Shown here: piece by piece, positions 1 to 11,847 of the stretch
Layout of the letters: each line of letters starts with the position of its first letter
How positions within the stretch are numbered: position 1 is the stretch's first letter
DNA from: Psammoneis japonica
Lineage: Eukaryota
Reading direction: 5' to 3'
DNA: 64,000 bases
Assembly (NCBI GenBank): GCA_008632985.1
Contig: QPGO01000092.1
Span: 124,001-188,000, forward strand
Program-made: the position numbers and the translations under genes
The notes under the pieces: generated by a model
What the model was told of the DNA's origin: nothing
The model's database searches: none
Seen by the model: only the letters and a program-made list of their open reading frames with translations

Positions 1-517
1 CAACAGACAATGGCATTGTTGCCATGAAGCCCAAACTGATCCTGTGAGAACAACAACATCACCATGAAACTGCCACACAGTTTTTCACCATGCTGGCAGC
101 TCCCAAAAGTCTGCCCTTTTGAAATGCAGCTTCTGCACAATTTTTGCACTGGTGCATCTCATGAGCCATGGGCTTTTTTACATGATTTTGTGTGTGGAAT
201 TTGTGCAATGGAAATGACGCCAAACATCTCATGAGCCAGCAGCTTTTTTGGGATTTGTTGTGCACACAATGCACCAGATTCTTGCACGCAGATGTAAAGG
301 CAGAAGAGACAAACAAACATGCTGGGAGCTTCTGTGAGATTCTACGCAATTGGGCAGACTTTTGCAGTGAGCAGACTTTTGGGAGCTGCCAGCATGAGAT
401 CGCCTGCCCTTGTTTCCCGCAAAACTCATTGGTCAACAGCAATGCTGGTCATCAGAACGTTTGCGAACATGATTCAAATTTAACTTCATTTTGACAATGC
501 ATTGTGCTTGATGTTTG

Positions 518-1818
518 TCAATGAACACCACCTTGTTTGCTTTGCCACTTTGCAAAGCTCATCAATGAACACCACTTCACTTCTTTGCCGTTGGCCTTTC
601 TGCATTGTTGACGATGTGCTCTGCTCCCTTGCCAGATCAGTGTGGCATCTCGACTGTCCTTGCTTTCTTCTCCATCTTCTTTGTCATCATTCTGCCTTTC
701 CTTTTCCATGTTTTCTTCCTCACTGTCCTTGTCTTTGCCAGAAAGCTCTGTCATTGCTTGTGTTTGCATCTCCAACTCTGCTGGTTTTCTCTTTGTTTTT
801 GCTCCCTTGCCCTTTCCATCACTCAGCCTCTTTTTTCCTTTGCTGCACCATGTGTTGAACTGCTCACCTGGGTGACTTGCATGCCCTGTCTTCCTTCACC
901 TCTGCAAGCAGGTCATTGAATCTTTTGGTTCCTTCATCCTTCCAAGAGTCATGCTGTCATGCTGAGTCTGTGCATGGGGGCACCGGCTTCACATCCTTCT
1001 CCTCTTCTTCATTTCCTTCTTGAATGTTCCCATCCTTCATGGCCTTGTGCTCCCAAATCTTCCAGCAGTTTTCCATCTTCAACAGTCCCAGAGCCTTGTT
1101 GCTTGCCAAAGTCAGCTCTGAAGCCTTGGCGTTTCCTGACTCCACCATCTTTCTCCACACTGCAGTGCTCTGTGTGAACTTTAGAACCTTGTCACAGAAC
1201 CATGTGCATGCTTCCTTGTTCACCCGCTTTTCACTCACAATGGTCTCCACTGTCTCTTCTTCCCAAGTTGCCAGGAATGGTTCTTCAGTTAATGCAGCTT
1301 GCTTCTTGTTCTTCTTTTTGTTCTGGTGTTTTCTTGCAGCTTTCTTTTGTTGCTTGCAGATTCCCTTGGCTTCCTGTTCTGTCAATGCCGCTGCAGTGAA
1401 TGAGCATTTCGACAGCTGCGCTGCAGCCAACACCTCCTTTTCCATGATCCCCGCAGCACTCACCTCTTGTTGCACTCTTCGTCATTGTCCAGGTGACAGT
1501 GTTCCTCTTTGTGTTTGTTGCATTGAGGGTGCACTTTTTCACCCAGTCTTCCCACAATCCTGCACAGTCTCACTTGCTGAACCTGCTCTTGGCTGTGTTT
1601 TTCCATGTCAGCCATGACACCTTGCCTCCACTCACCAGGTCTGCCTTGACAAGGAATTTTGCCCTTGGGAACAGTTCTTTCCAAGCCACCTCCTCAACCT
1701 CTCTCTTCAGAGATTGGTGATCTCCAGCAGCTCCCACTCTCAACAATGCTGCTGCTGACCTTGGGCTGTTTGGCTGCTCTTCAGCAGCCCCCTCCTTCCT
1801 TTTCTTTTTCTTTGGCAT
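518..1818 (-). pseudogene. Decayed accessory ORF of the outer Plavaka-type element (homolog of 10251-11530)
   Basis: LFPRAKFL / RNTV / ACTWFCDKVL / ALGLLKMENCWKIW match LFPQVKFL / RNTV / ACKWFCDHIL / ALVPLAMENHWQVW of the inner copy. Putative 73-bp intron at 1391-1463 (GTGAGT...CAG). Several stop codons. Confidence 0.75.
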
Positions 1819-2339
1819 GACACAAATGTTGCAGACTGCAATCTGTTGTCAAAATGTGTGGCAGCAATCATGCACAGCTCATTCTGATGTGGATGATTGC
1901 CGTTGCAATGTGAGGAGATGCTCTTGCCAATGCTTGTGATCCTTCAACTGCTGCCACAAACAATGAAAACAACCAAAATTGGGGTTGTGCATGTTTTCCA
2001 ATTAATCTGTCATTGTTGGTGTCATTTGGTGTGTGCCCAGTGATCAAATTTCCTTTTCAAAAAATGTCAATTGCTGTTGTTTGATGTTTTTAAGTTGCAA
2101 ATTTGTCATTGAAACATGTGTCTGAAACACACCAAAGTGCATTTGTCAATGTTTGTGCCTGTGACAGTTCTTGAAATTGGAGTGAACTGACTTTTTTTTT
2201 TGCACCAATTTTGTGTCTTGTTTTCCAGCATTCACCCACTTTGCATGACCAAACCAAACCAGGTTGTGATTCTGCCTCAGCACCAACATGCAATGCAAAA
2301 CTTGCCCCAGCTGCAATGCAGACAATTTGCTGGGCAAGC

Positions 2340-4411
2340 AGGTTCTTGAGCAAGGGGCAGTTGCCTGGCCGTGTTGCAAATGATCCTTCATGTGCATGCT
2401 CAAACACTTTGACCACATTCCACAGTGCCGTTCCATCAGGCCCACTTGCAAATTGGCCAGCTCAATGCACAGAAAGAACACCACCCCACTTTTGCACCCC
2501 AGTGCTGTTGTGAAGGTTGTTGGTTGAAATTCTCTTTTGGGAATGTCCGCGCACCAGGCAGAGAATCAGAGGAGCAGCTGGATGTTTCTTGGTCATCCAA
2601 TGAATCATCTCCTCCCAGATTGAGGTGACCCCAATGTGGAGCATCTGTTGCCAATGTCTGACTGGGGCATGCTGCTGTTGAACAATGCTCTTTTGATGCA
2701 GTGTGGTCATCACCCTTCAACGACAACATTTCTCCACTTGTGCCATTGTGCGACAATGAGGAACACCGTTCCATGTCATTGGAGATGTGCAATGACATTG
2801 CTGGTTTCACAAAAAGACATCATAGAAGCACCTTCAAGCTTGGTGTGCAAATGCCTCATTGCAGTGAACCAACGGCCACTCTGTCTGAATCCTTTCCCGC
2901 TCCATTGTGCAAGATGATTCCTGTCAACCTTGAAAAACCGCAGAGCAGAGTGAGAAAATGGTGTCTGTCCCACTTGTTGGACACTTGCACTTGGGTGGAT
3001 CAAAGCAACCTTGTGGATCTTGCTGATCCTTTGAGAAAGCATGTGGCAAAGGGCAACAACAACAAATGTGTTTTGGCTGTCAAGTGGCACCAAAATGCAT
3101 GCCAGGCTGGAGTGACGGATCCTCAAAAACAGCTCCTGGGATGTTTGACAGTTTGCATGGACAAGACAGGCAAAACAGCTTCCATGGGATCTTCTTGCAG
3201 AGAGACAGTCACAGTCACCTTGGCACATGTCGCCTTCAAAGAATGGCACAACAAGGCACAGTGGCAAGTGCTTGGGCACATTCCCAACTTGGAGAAACTG
3301 CCCATGCAAGTCGGAGAAGGGCCAAAGCCTCCGTGACTGCCACAAGGTGTTGAAGACAATGCTTCAGTCGCTGATTGACATTGTGGACCATGGTGGATTC
3401 AGGTGTCATGTGAGAAGGGGCAACAAGATCCAAAGCCTTCATGTGATCCTCACCACAATCCTGGTCAATGGGGATGCAAAAAGCGGTGACTGCCTGGTTG
3501 GCCGCTGTGGAGCAAAGAATTGTTGCCAGCGGTGTTCTGGGTTTTGCACGGTGGGGCAAAATGACCCAGCAATCCTTGGAAGGATTGCAAGCTTGTCCAT
3601 GCTGGAGACCTGTTGCTCATTTGGGGCAAGGCCAATGACTGTGCTCTCAATGACAAAGAGAGGATCCACTGGGCAGGAACAACAACTGCGCTGCATGAAG
3701 CATCACAACGTTTCTGCCAACTGCTTGCTTCATGCTGACTTCAGAGAGCAACCGTTGGGGCAACCCTTTCCACTGCTGGCAACATGATGCACCTGTTTGA
3801 AAACAGAGCTCTAAAAAGAGAGATTGGTGTTTTTGTAGACAGCATGGCCAATTGTGTGAAAAGCAAGGTCAATCAAATTGTGGAAAAAATGTTCAGCAGC
3901 CACAGACCCACTTGCAAATCTGTGTTTTTGTGCACCAATTTCAAAGGAGGTGCAACCTCACTTGCCTTCCTCAACTCCCACCACTGAATGGGCATGGCCT
4001 TTGTCTTTCATCTGTTGCTTCTGACAAAGGAGGGTAAAAATGTCACCCCCTCAGATGCACTGTGCACCAGTGCACCAAGCTTCTCAAAGATTTGCTTGCG
4101 TTCCATGCATGGTGCAAATTGGGAAAACCACCAGGAGGCAGAAACAATCTAAACAAGATCAGCAAGAAGATTTGGTTGCTCACATCATGCATGGTCCATT
4201 TCTCCCCCCAGGCATGAAGGAGCTGGGTGAAAGGTGCAAAAGCTGCACAAACTGCTTCACCTGCCAACATTCCTGCATTTTTTCTGCCATGCCATGAACT
4301 TTGATGATGGGCTGGGGATTTTTTCAAACTCCCATCGGCAACAGCACAACAATGCAGCTTTTCAGTGTTTCTCAGCCAGGCTGCATCACACATGGAAGAC
4401 CAAATGACGGC
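2340..4411 (+). pseudogene. Outer Plavaka-type transposase, N-terminal part (frameshifted, interrupted by insertion)
   Basis: Motifs MDKTG, LGHIPNLEK, GDAKSGDCLVGRCG, MMHLFEN, TNFKGGATSLAFLNSHH, QKLHKLLHLP, AMNFD and HMEDQM are colinear with 6523-9798. Start is approximate. Confidence 0.85.
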
Positions 4412-4671
4412 GCATCAGAGTGAACGACATCGCAACGTCTGCACACATGACAAAAATGTGTTGCCACATTGTAAAACCCACTCATCTGCATATGATGGTT
4501 TTTGTCATTTAGCCGATTGTCAATCTCCTGCTGTTCTTCATGTTTGAACACAGGTGCTTTTTAATTTTTGTGCTCAGCCTTTTTCACAACTGCTGACAAT
4601 CTTTAACAACAAGCCAAACATTGCAATTGCATGCAATGAAATTTTCATCATGTAAAGTGTGCGCTGATCAT

Positions 4672-5259
4672 TCAATCAATGACTGTGCTCCAATTGGCCT
4701 GTTCGTCCGCATCATCCTCTTCATTCCATGTGTCTTGTCCGCTCTCTTGCAAGATTTCAAATGTGTGTGCCGCTGCCGCATTGGATGTTTCCTCGTCACC
4801 GTTCCAAAAAAGCCACACTGCATTTCTTGCATTTGGGTGAACATCATCGAGCGGAAGAGGTCCCTCGAAGTGCAGAATCGCATCGCTGCTCCCCTCTTGA
4901 TGTCGTGTCATCTGCTTCTTTTTCTCTTTCTTCATTTTTCCCGTCCCATTTTTCTCTTCCTTCTTTGTCTTGGCGCTGCCTGTTTTCACCGTCTCCGGCG
5001 TCTTTCCATCCAAATCCTTCTTTTTCATCGATCCCGTCACCGTCGCCTTCATGGTGTGTCACTTTGTTTTGGATCCATGTTTCTGACTTCTCTCTGTGCT
5101 GTCCCCATTTCCAAATGTTTCTTTGTGATTGTTTGCATGCGTCACTTGAAGGCACCCACGTGTTCTTCACGTGCCTTAACGCGCATGCAGCAATCCATGT
5201 TGTTTTCCAGCACATGCACCCTTTCTCCTGATGCTGTTCTGCACAACATTTTCTTCCAT
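4672..5259 (-). pseudogene. Inner element ORF1, Lys-rich, unknown function
   Basis: 126-aa open segment 4672-5052 (basic region then acidic tail, no Tyr). The upstream part is broken or spliced. Divergent from ORF2. Confidence 0.4.
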
Positions 5260-5313
5260 CAATTCTGCACTCCGCACTGCCCTTTCCCGGCACAATCTCA
5301 TGCAGGATTTCTC

Positions 5314-5394
5314 TGGGAGAAGTCACATGCGCGTCTGGCAGGTTTTTGTGTGTGAAACTCCAAATCCCACCAGGCGCGCATGTGACTTCTCCCA
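5314..5394. repeat. 25-bp inverted repeat with 31-bp spacer between divergent ORFs
   Basis: TGGGAGAAGTCACATGCGCGTCTGG (5314-5338) versus CCAGGCGCGCATGTGACTTCTCCCA (5370-5394): 24/25 reverse-complement match. Confidence 0.9.
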
Positions 5395-5510
5395 CGCACC
5401 ACTCTGGCATGTTTCCATGGAAACCAGAATTTTGTGACTGACGCACGACCAATCTGGTGAATGCAATGGCGGACCCACGACCACAACAATCAGAGCATTA
5501 GAAGAAAACC

Positions 5511-6500
5511 ATGTCAGATGAACTCCGTCCATCCGCTGCTGAGGATTTCCGTCGCCGGATGATGGAGACAGTTGATGGTTTTGTTCACGCTGACGCTGCT
5601 CGTTGTTCAGAGGAACAGAGAGCAAAGGATGCAAAGGCTGCTGTGTCAAGATCGGTGGAAGCAATGGCAGAAGCCCGTTGTGCCGTTGTGGCTGCAATGA
5701 CCGCACTTGACAGTGCTTTGTTAAATCCAGCAACAACCACTCGCGAATTTAAGCACATCTGTGCGCAGGTGATTAAGTCATCGATCGAGACACACTGTTC
5801 AGACAACAACTGTGTTGTTGCAGTGGAAAATTGCAGCAAAGTGGAAATGAGTTTCCAATGCTTTCTTCACGGTGACGCATTTGACGCAAACGAATTGGGG
5901 CTCCCAATCTCCGTTGCGGGACATCAAAAATCAGAATTGAGGCTGCACATGCTGCACAGCTGTGACTCGACGTTGCTTCTGAGAAGCCTCAGGGCAAATT
6001 CTGACACAGACGCCAACAGAGCAGTGGAGAGGGAGCAATCTGCGATCAACAGCATCAACAAATCCATCCACCGCCGTGCCGTGCCACTCCTTCGAAGGCG
6101 ACATCTAACACAGCCGCTGCACATCCTGAAGGCTGCAATCACGTTGCTCCACGGGGCCCTCGACGATTTGAGAAGGAAAGACGTTGCCTTGCAGCAACAG
6201 TGGCAAGCTTTGTGTGATCTGTGGCCAGGCACAGATCAAATGCGGGGAGGGACATGGACCGCGATCTGGGCCATGGACGAAGAAGCCGTGGCAAGAGAAA
6301 GGGTCCTGCAGCTGGCATTGCAAATCGAGGCACAACTGGTGGCTGTCAACCAGCCTGACCACAGCGCCAACTTTCAGCAGGCGATTGTGGCTGCCAGGGA
6401 ACATTTCATGGTGCAGGATGACCAAATGGACCGTGCAAGTGGACACTGCATAGAATCTGTGAGGAAGCAATTGCTCCAAAAATGCACACACTGTGAGTGA
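5511..6500 (+). CDS. Inner element ORF2, 329 aa, helical-looking, unknown function, hypermutated
   Basis: Uninterrupted ATG-started ORF with no Tyr in 329 aa. Converges on the transposase stop with a 22-bp gap. Confidence 0.6.
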   Translation: MSDELRPSAAEDFRRRMMETVDGFVHADAARCSEEQRAKDAKAAVSRSVEAMAEARCAVVAAMTALDSALLNPATTTREFKHICAQVIKSSIETHCSDNNCVVAVENCSKVEMSFQCFLHGDAFDANELGLPISVAGHQKSELRLHMLHSCDSTLLLRSLRANSDTDANRAVEREQSAINSINKSIHRRAVPLLRRRHLTQPLHILKAAITLLHGALDDLRRKDVALQQQWQALCDLWPGTDQMRGGTWTAIWAMDEEAVARERVLQLALQIEAQLVAVNQPDHSANFQQAIVAAREHFMVQDDQMDRASGHCIESVRKQLLQKCTHCE

Positions 6501-6522
6501 ATGACAGATTGATGCGCACATC

Positions 6523-9500
6523 CTATTTTAGAAACAAATCTGACCAACACTTCCTTCTGTCCTGTGCAGCCCAAACAAATGGGGCCTTTTCTTGCGCTTC
6601 TGCCACTCCTGGACATTCTTCATGAACCAAAACATTGTCCCCAATTGCTTCGACAGGGACAACACGTAACTCAGGTGAGCACTGAGTCTTCTCAGGCGTT
6701 GAAAGCCAGTTGTTTTGTTTGTGATCAAGCTGCCAGCGACCAACCAAGTCTGTGTGCTGATGCCGTTGCCTCACAGTTCTCTGGTCAGCTTGACAAGCAG
6801 TTGGATGGACAACTGCAAAAATCGATCCTGTGCACTCCTGTTCAAAGAAACACAGCAAACGGGAGGGAAACTGTTGATCGCCCTTTCGTGTGCCAAAGGT
6901 CACACAGGCAAAGTCATGCCATGGTCCTTCGCTTTTGAAATCGGGGTGCGCACGGCACGTGTCCCTCCTGCTTGCATTGCAAAACTCTGTCTTGCAAGTC
7001 AGGTGTGCATTTTCACTGTCTTCACCAACACAATCCTCCCACTTTTCCAACATGAAGTTTGGCAACACAGGACGAACTTGGCAATGAGCATGCTTGCTGT
7101 TCCACTCAAACGTCACAGCGCCAATCCCTCGGTTGTAGGTGAGAGTGAATGTGCTTCCTCCCAGCGTGTGATTGTCCGTCCTGACTCTTGATGATTCCTT
7201 TTTCCCAGTTGGCAAAATCCAACTGTCAGCTGAAATTGCGGCGTTGAGCCTCATTTGGTCCTCCATGCGCGACACGACCTGCTTCAGAAAACTGTCGAGG
7301 TTGCGTTGTTGTGCGGCAGATGACGGCAGCTTGAAAAAGTCTTTCAAGAGACATTCCCCCAAGCCTGCGTCAAAGTTCATCGCATGTCGGCAACAACAAA
7401 GAAACACTGGGAGATGGAGTGTTTCATGAAGCTTTTGAAGCTTCCACCCACATCCTTCTGTTCACGGGATGAATTGCACCATCCGGTCTATGAGGAGACG
7501 GATTTTCTCGTTTATTTTCTGAACAGATGAGCCGGGAGTTGCACTTGTGATGGGTGGATTGCCCAGCCTGCACCATGCGTGGAAGACAAGAAGGTCCTCA
7601 AGCAATTGAGTGAATTGCCGGACGCTGCAGTTGAGTCTTTTTCCCTTGTGTTTTTTCTTTTTTTGGTTGTCGTCACCATCCTCAGCCTCACTCTCCTCTT
7701 TCTCATCCTCATTTTCGTCCCAGTCACCCTCTTTGGACTCCTTCGACCTTTCATCGTCAGAGTCATCCAAGTGCTCACTGGGTTGGCAGCAACTCTCAAA
7801 GTTTGCTTTGGGCATCTTGCGATTCTCTGGAACAATGGGTTCGTCTGCGTCCTCATCAAGGAAGCATGACTCACATGCGTTTCGTCCCTCGCTGGTCAAC
7901 AGGAGAAGGTAGAAAACAAAAGCCATTCCAGCCCAGTGGTGAGAGTTGAGGAAGGCAAGTGACGTTGCTCCTCCTTTGAAGTTTGTTCGCAAAAAGGATG
8001 CTTTGCAAGTTGACCGGTGATTGCTGAAAATCCTTTCCACCATGCTGTCCACCTCACTTGCGACCACAGGTGTCATGCTGTCTACAAATGAATTGATTGC
8101 CCTTTTCAAGGTGCCATTTTCAAAGAGATGCATCATGTCACTTGCTGTCGCAAGGGCAACACCGCATGGTTGTGCACCAAAGTCTGCCTCAAAAAGACAG
8201 TTGGCAGGTGCGTTGTGTTGCTTGAGGCAATGCAAGATGCCCAACCAGTGCTTCCTTTCTTGGTCTGATCTGTTGTCGTCGTTGGCCTCAGTTTGCACTT
8301 GGTGGAGATCCAGTCCTTGGACAAACTCGCATTCAATCCATGGGTCGTCCAGTTTGTTGAAGCCAGTTGGGCAAAAACGACAGCAACGTTGACGACAGTT
8401 GTGACCTCCGCATCGTCCGACGAGACAGTCGCCGCTTTTTGCATCTCCTGTGATGAGAACGATCAGTGGGATTGCGTGGAGGTGTCGCATCTCATCCCCT
8501 CGTCGCACGCATGTTTTCATGCCTCCTTTTCTCATGACTTCCAAAAGTGGCTCCAAAATGACACGCAAGCACGTGTGGCAGTCTCTTGACGAGCGTCCCT
8601 TCTCCGCCTTGCGATTGTTTGAGAGATTCTTTGCTGCAGATGACGACATCTTTTCCAAATCCGGGAGACAACCAAGAGGTTTCCAGACACTCTTGTCCGA
8701 CCATTTGTTGAAGGCAACATGCGCAGAGGTCATGATCACTGGTTCTCCGCAATGTGATCCCATCCCTTGTGTCCTGCCAGTCTTGTCGAGGTGAATGACA
8801 TTGCACTCAAGAAATTGTTTCTCTGGGTCAGTTGTCCATTCTTCGTAACTGCGCCTGCACCACTCACCCACCAAAAGGCACTTGTCATCTGGTCCCTTCG
8901 CTTTGCACTTCCCAAAAGGATTGTCTGGATCGGCCACATTCTCTCTGCTGCACCACAGGTGAGGATCGAGTGAAAACTGTTCCCAAACCTTTGTGAAATC
9001 CCATCTTGGCACTGACACTCGTTTTGGCAAACCGGTTTTGAAATTTTTGGTTTCTAGAGTGACAGGAATAGACTCGCTGGGTGGAAGAGGGAAATGCTTG
9101 GTTAAGGTGTGCATCAACTCTTTTCTCCTTGGCAGAACTGTGCCAAGCTCAATGTTGCTGTTGCCAGTGTGCCTCTCAATGAAATCAACAATGCAGTCGC
9201 ACAATTCCAGGGGAGCACCACGTGTGTCCATGAGCTTCTTGCACAACTCTGCGCAAGCTCCGTCAAGATTTGTCAAAGAGGGAGTAGAAGCCAAGGCCTC
9301 TTCTGCAGGAGCGTCACACCTGCTCCCCAAACGTTGATCCTCATCGTCAATGTCCTCTTCCTCCTCCATTGTCACGTCCAACACTGCAGCAAAGGATTGA
9401 CCACCGCCAACATCCAAATCGTTCATTGCCAAAAGCTCAACTCCTTGCATGCTGTGGTTTGATGAAATGGAGGACATGTCGTCCATTCTGTGCGGCGCGT

Positions 9501-9798
9501 CATCCGGGGAGGGGAGCAAGGGGCTGCTGCTCGGATCACTCGTTGAAGATCTTGGGAATCTGCCACGAGTTGATCGCCTGGGACAGGATTCATCATCATC
9601 AGAGGACAAAAAGGAAGAACCGCCGCTTTCTTCAGGTGGCCCCTCTGTTGTGGCAGGAATGTCACTTTGATCTGGGATCAGATCTTGGGTTTGCAACTCT
9701 TGGGCAACTGAGCAACACGTCGGTGAGCATCTCCAATGGCAGGCTGTTCGCAAAAAACTTTGGCCACAACCGGGACAGAGAAGAGGGTTTCCGTCCAT
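6523..9798 (-). pseudogene. Plavaka-type transposase, about 1090 codons, one in-frame TGA at 7462-7464
   Basis: ORFs 7462-9798 and 6523-7407 are in one frame (FIP*TEGCGWKLQKLHETLHLP; TGA probably from CGA). N-terminal CxxC...H...C finger, HLDKTG, GEPVIMT, GDAKSGD, CRFC, DMMHLFENG, NFDAG.GE, RAHPDF...PWHD. Family recognised from motifs only, no search run. Confidence 0.8.
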
Positions 9799-10250
9799 TG
9801 TAAATCAGACAACATTGACAGGGCCTTCATCAAGACTCATGCTCGTCGTCCTTGTCTTGTGGATGAGAAGGGAAAAAAAGAACAACACGCAAAAAATGGC
9901 AGGAAATTGGCAAACATTACATTGTCTTCCAGATTGGGATGATTCTTGTGGGCATGACGCATCTGCATTTTGATTTTTTATCTGGCATCCACAGTGAACA
10001 TTGCACTTTTTATTTGCCATCAAAATGCAGGATGTTGTCTCCATTGAAACGCAATGACAGCCAAGTCAAAAAGCAAGTTGGGCCATTCGTTGTTGCACAC
10101 AAATGTGTTTTCAAATTTCAGTGTTGCTGACAACAATTCGTGCAATGTCACAGAGAAAAATGGAGTGCCTGGCTGTCTCAACACGACCCAAACGACGGTT
10201 GCACTGTCAAACAGTGCCACTCCTCTCATTGTTGCCGTGAAAAGATCAAG

Positions 10251-11530
10251 ATGTCGTCTCCAGCACAACCGGCAAAGAAGCGAAAGAAAAATGAGACTGC
10301 CAAGCCAATGAGCCCGAGACTTCAGGCAGTGTTGAAGAGAACAGGTGTGCAGGCAGCACATGGTGCATTGAAATCAGAAGCAGAGAAGGTGGCTAGAAAT
10401 GATCTCTTTCCACAGGTGAAGTTTCTGAGTCCATCTGAATTGGCAAGCAATGGGAGCGTCTCAATGTTTGTCAAGAAACAGATTGCTGGTGGCAACATGG
10501 ACACTTCAAATTGGTCAGGAGCTTGGGAGAAATGGGCAAAAAAGGCGGCAAAAAGGCAAATTGACAATTGCAGAAATACGGTGTGTTTGGCTGTTGGGGC
10601 GGAGGCAATGGCACGCAAGTCAAGTGACCAATGTGTGTGATTCGAGAGTTGCGCGCATCTCACAAGAAGATGATGGCGATGCTTTGTCCACATGGGCATT
10701 GTCACTGAGGAAGAGGGAAAGGAAAAAGAAAAGAAACTCAAGGCATCAGACAGGAGGAAAAAGAGGAAAAAGTCAAGCCGTGACAAGAATGAAGAGAATG
10801 ACATCCCGTTTGTGCCGACATGGGATCCGTTCAGCCTGGGCACTGTCACCGGCGGCAAACGAAGGAACAAGCAGGCATGCAAGTGGTTCTGTGATCACAT
10901 CCTGCCTCAAACCAAGCAAAAGCAGGCATGGAGTGGTGCCATCAAAACTGGGAATGCACAGGTCTCACAGTTGCCCACGGTCGGTGATGAAGCTTTGGTG
11001 CCATTGGCCATGGAGAATCATTGGCAGGTGTGGGCATGCAGGAACAAGGAGGAGGCGGTGGAAGAATTGGGTGAGGAAATGGAGCCCAAAGAAACAAGGC
11101 CTGCCCCTCGGCACACGAAGCCAAAGAAACAATGAGTGTCTTGGGGAGACAACGGAATCAATTGGTTCAACGATTTGTGCAAAGAGGTGATGAAAGACAG
11201 AGACTCCAAGGAGGGCAAGGAGTTTGAAAAGTGACATGCAGAGATCAAGAAAAGCGAGTGCGAGAAGTCCGGAGAAGCAAAAAAGAAGAAAAAGAAAGCA
11301 CCGGCTGGTGACACGGACAAGGTGAAGGCAATGAACAGCCTGATGGTGGAGAGCAGCAGGGACGACAACAGTGACAACGATGAGCAGGAGGAAGGCGCAA
11401 AAGGAAAAACGGACGACGGAGGAGACAAGTCCGATGGAGACGAGTCTGATGATGATCGTTGGCTTGGTTTGAGAGAGTTGCAGCAAGAAAATGTGCGCAC
11501 AGTTTGCACAGCACTCGGTCATTGCACTGC
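10251..11530 (+). pseudogene. Inner element ORF4 (accessory), with an inferred destroyed intron at 10615-10695
   Basis: MSSPAQPAKKRKK...LFPQVKFL...EALVPLAMENHW...WGDNGINWFNDLCKEV, with internal TGA stops. Homologous to 518-1818 and divergent from the transposase in both elements. End is approximate. Confidence 0.75.
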
Positions 11531-11847
11531 AGACGCAACAAGGGATTGACTTGACCGATGAAATGCTTTTCTCGTTTAAAATGATGTTTGCGAAAATCAA
11601 CAAACCAAGGATTGTGTGGAAAAGCAATCATGCATTGGCATGTGGCAACAAGGTGGAGGCAGACACAGCGATGTGGACACAGTGAAAAACAGCACACACA
11701 ATTCTTAACAAGTTGTTGCAATGTTGGCACAGCAAACTTGCAACCAGAGGTTGGCCTTTCATTGCATGACAACAATGTTTTGCAACATTTTGATGAATTG
11801 TCATCATGCAAATCTACACATTTTTAACATTTCATGCACTCTGATGC

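Larger units (their letters stand above)
4412..11847 (-). mobile_element. Inner Plavaka-type DNA transposon, about 7.4 kb, four ORFs, terminal inverted repeats
   Basis: GCGCATCAGAGTG (4410-4422) is the exact reverse complement of CACTCTGATGCGC (11837-11849), extending to 18/21 matches. The outer transposase stops at MEDQMT and resumes after 11847 as APRAILAD. Ends are uncertain by 1-2 bp. Confidence 0.85.

Noticed and set aside
448..465. GTCATCAGAACG as the left terminus of the outer element
   Set aside because: Only 7 bp match the inner terminus and no convincing partner was found, so the outer element's ends remain undefined.
6523..9798. Alternative genetic code or TGA readthrough for the transposase
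   Set aside because: Neighbouring host genes use the standard code with normal Tyr. The single TGA is simply explained as CGA>TGA.
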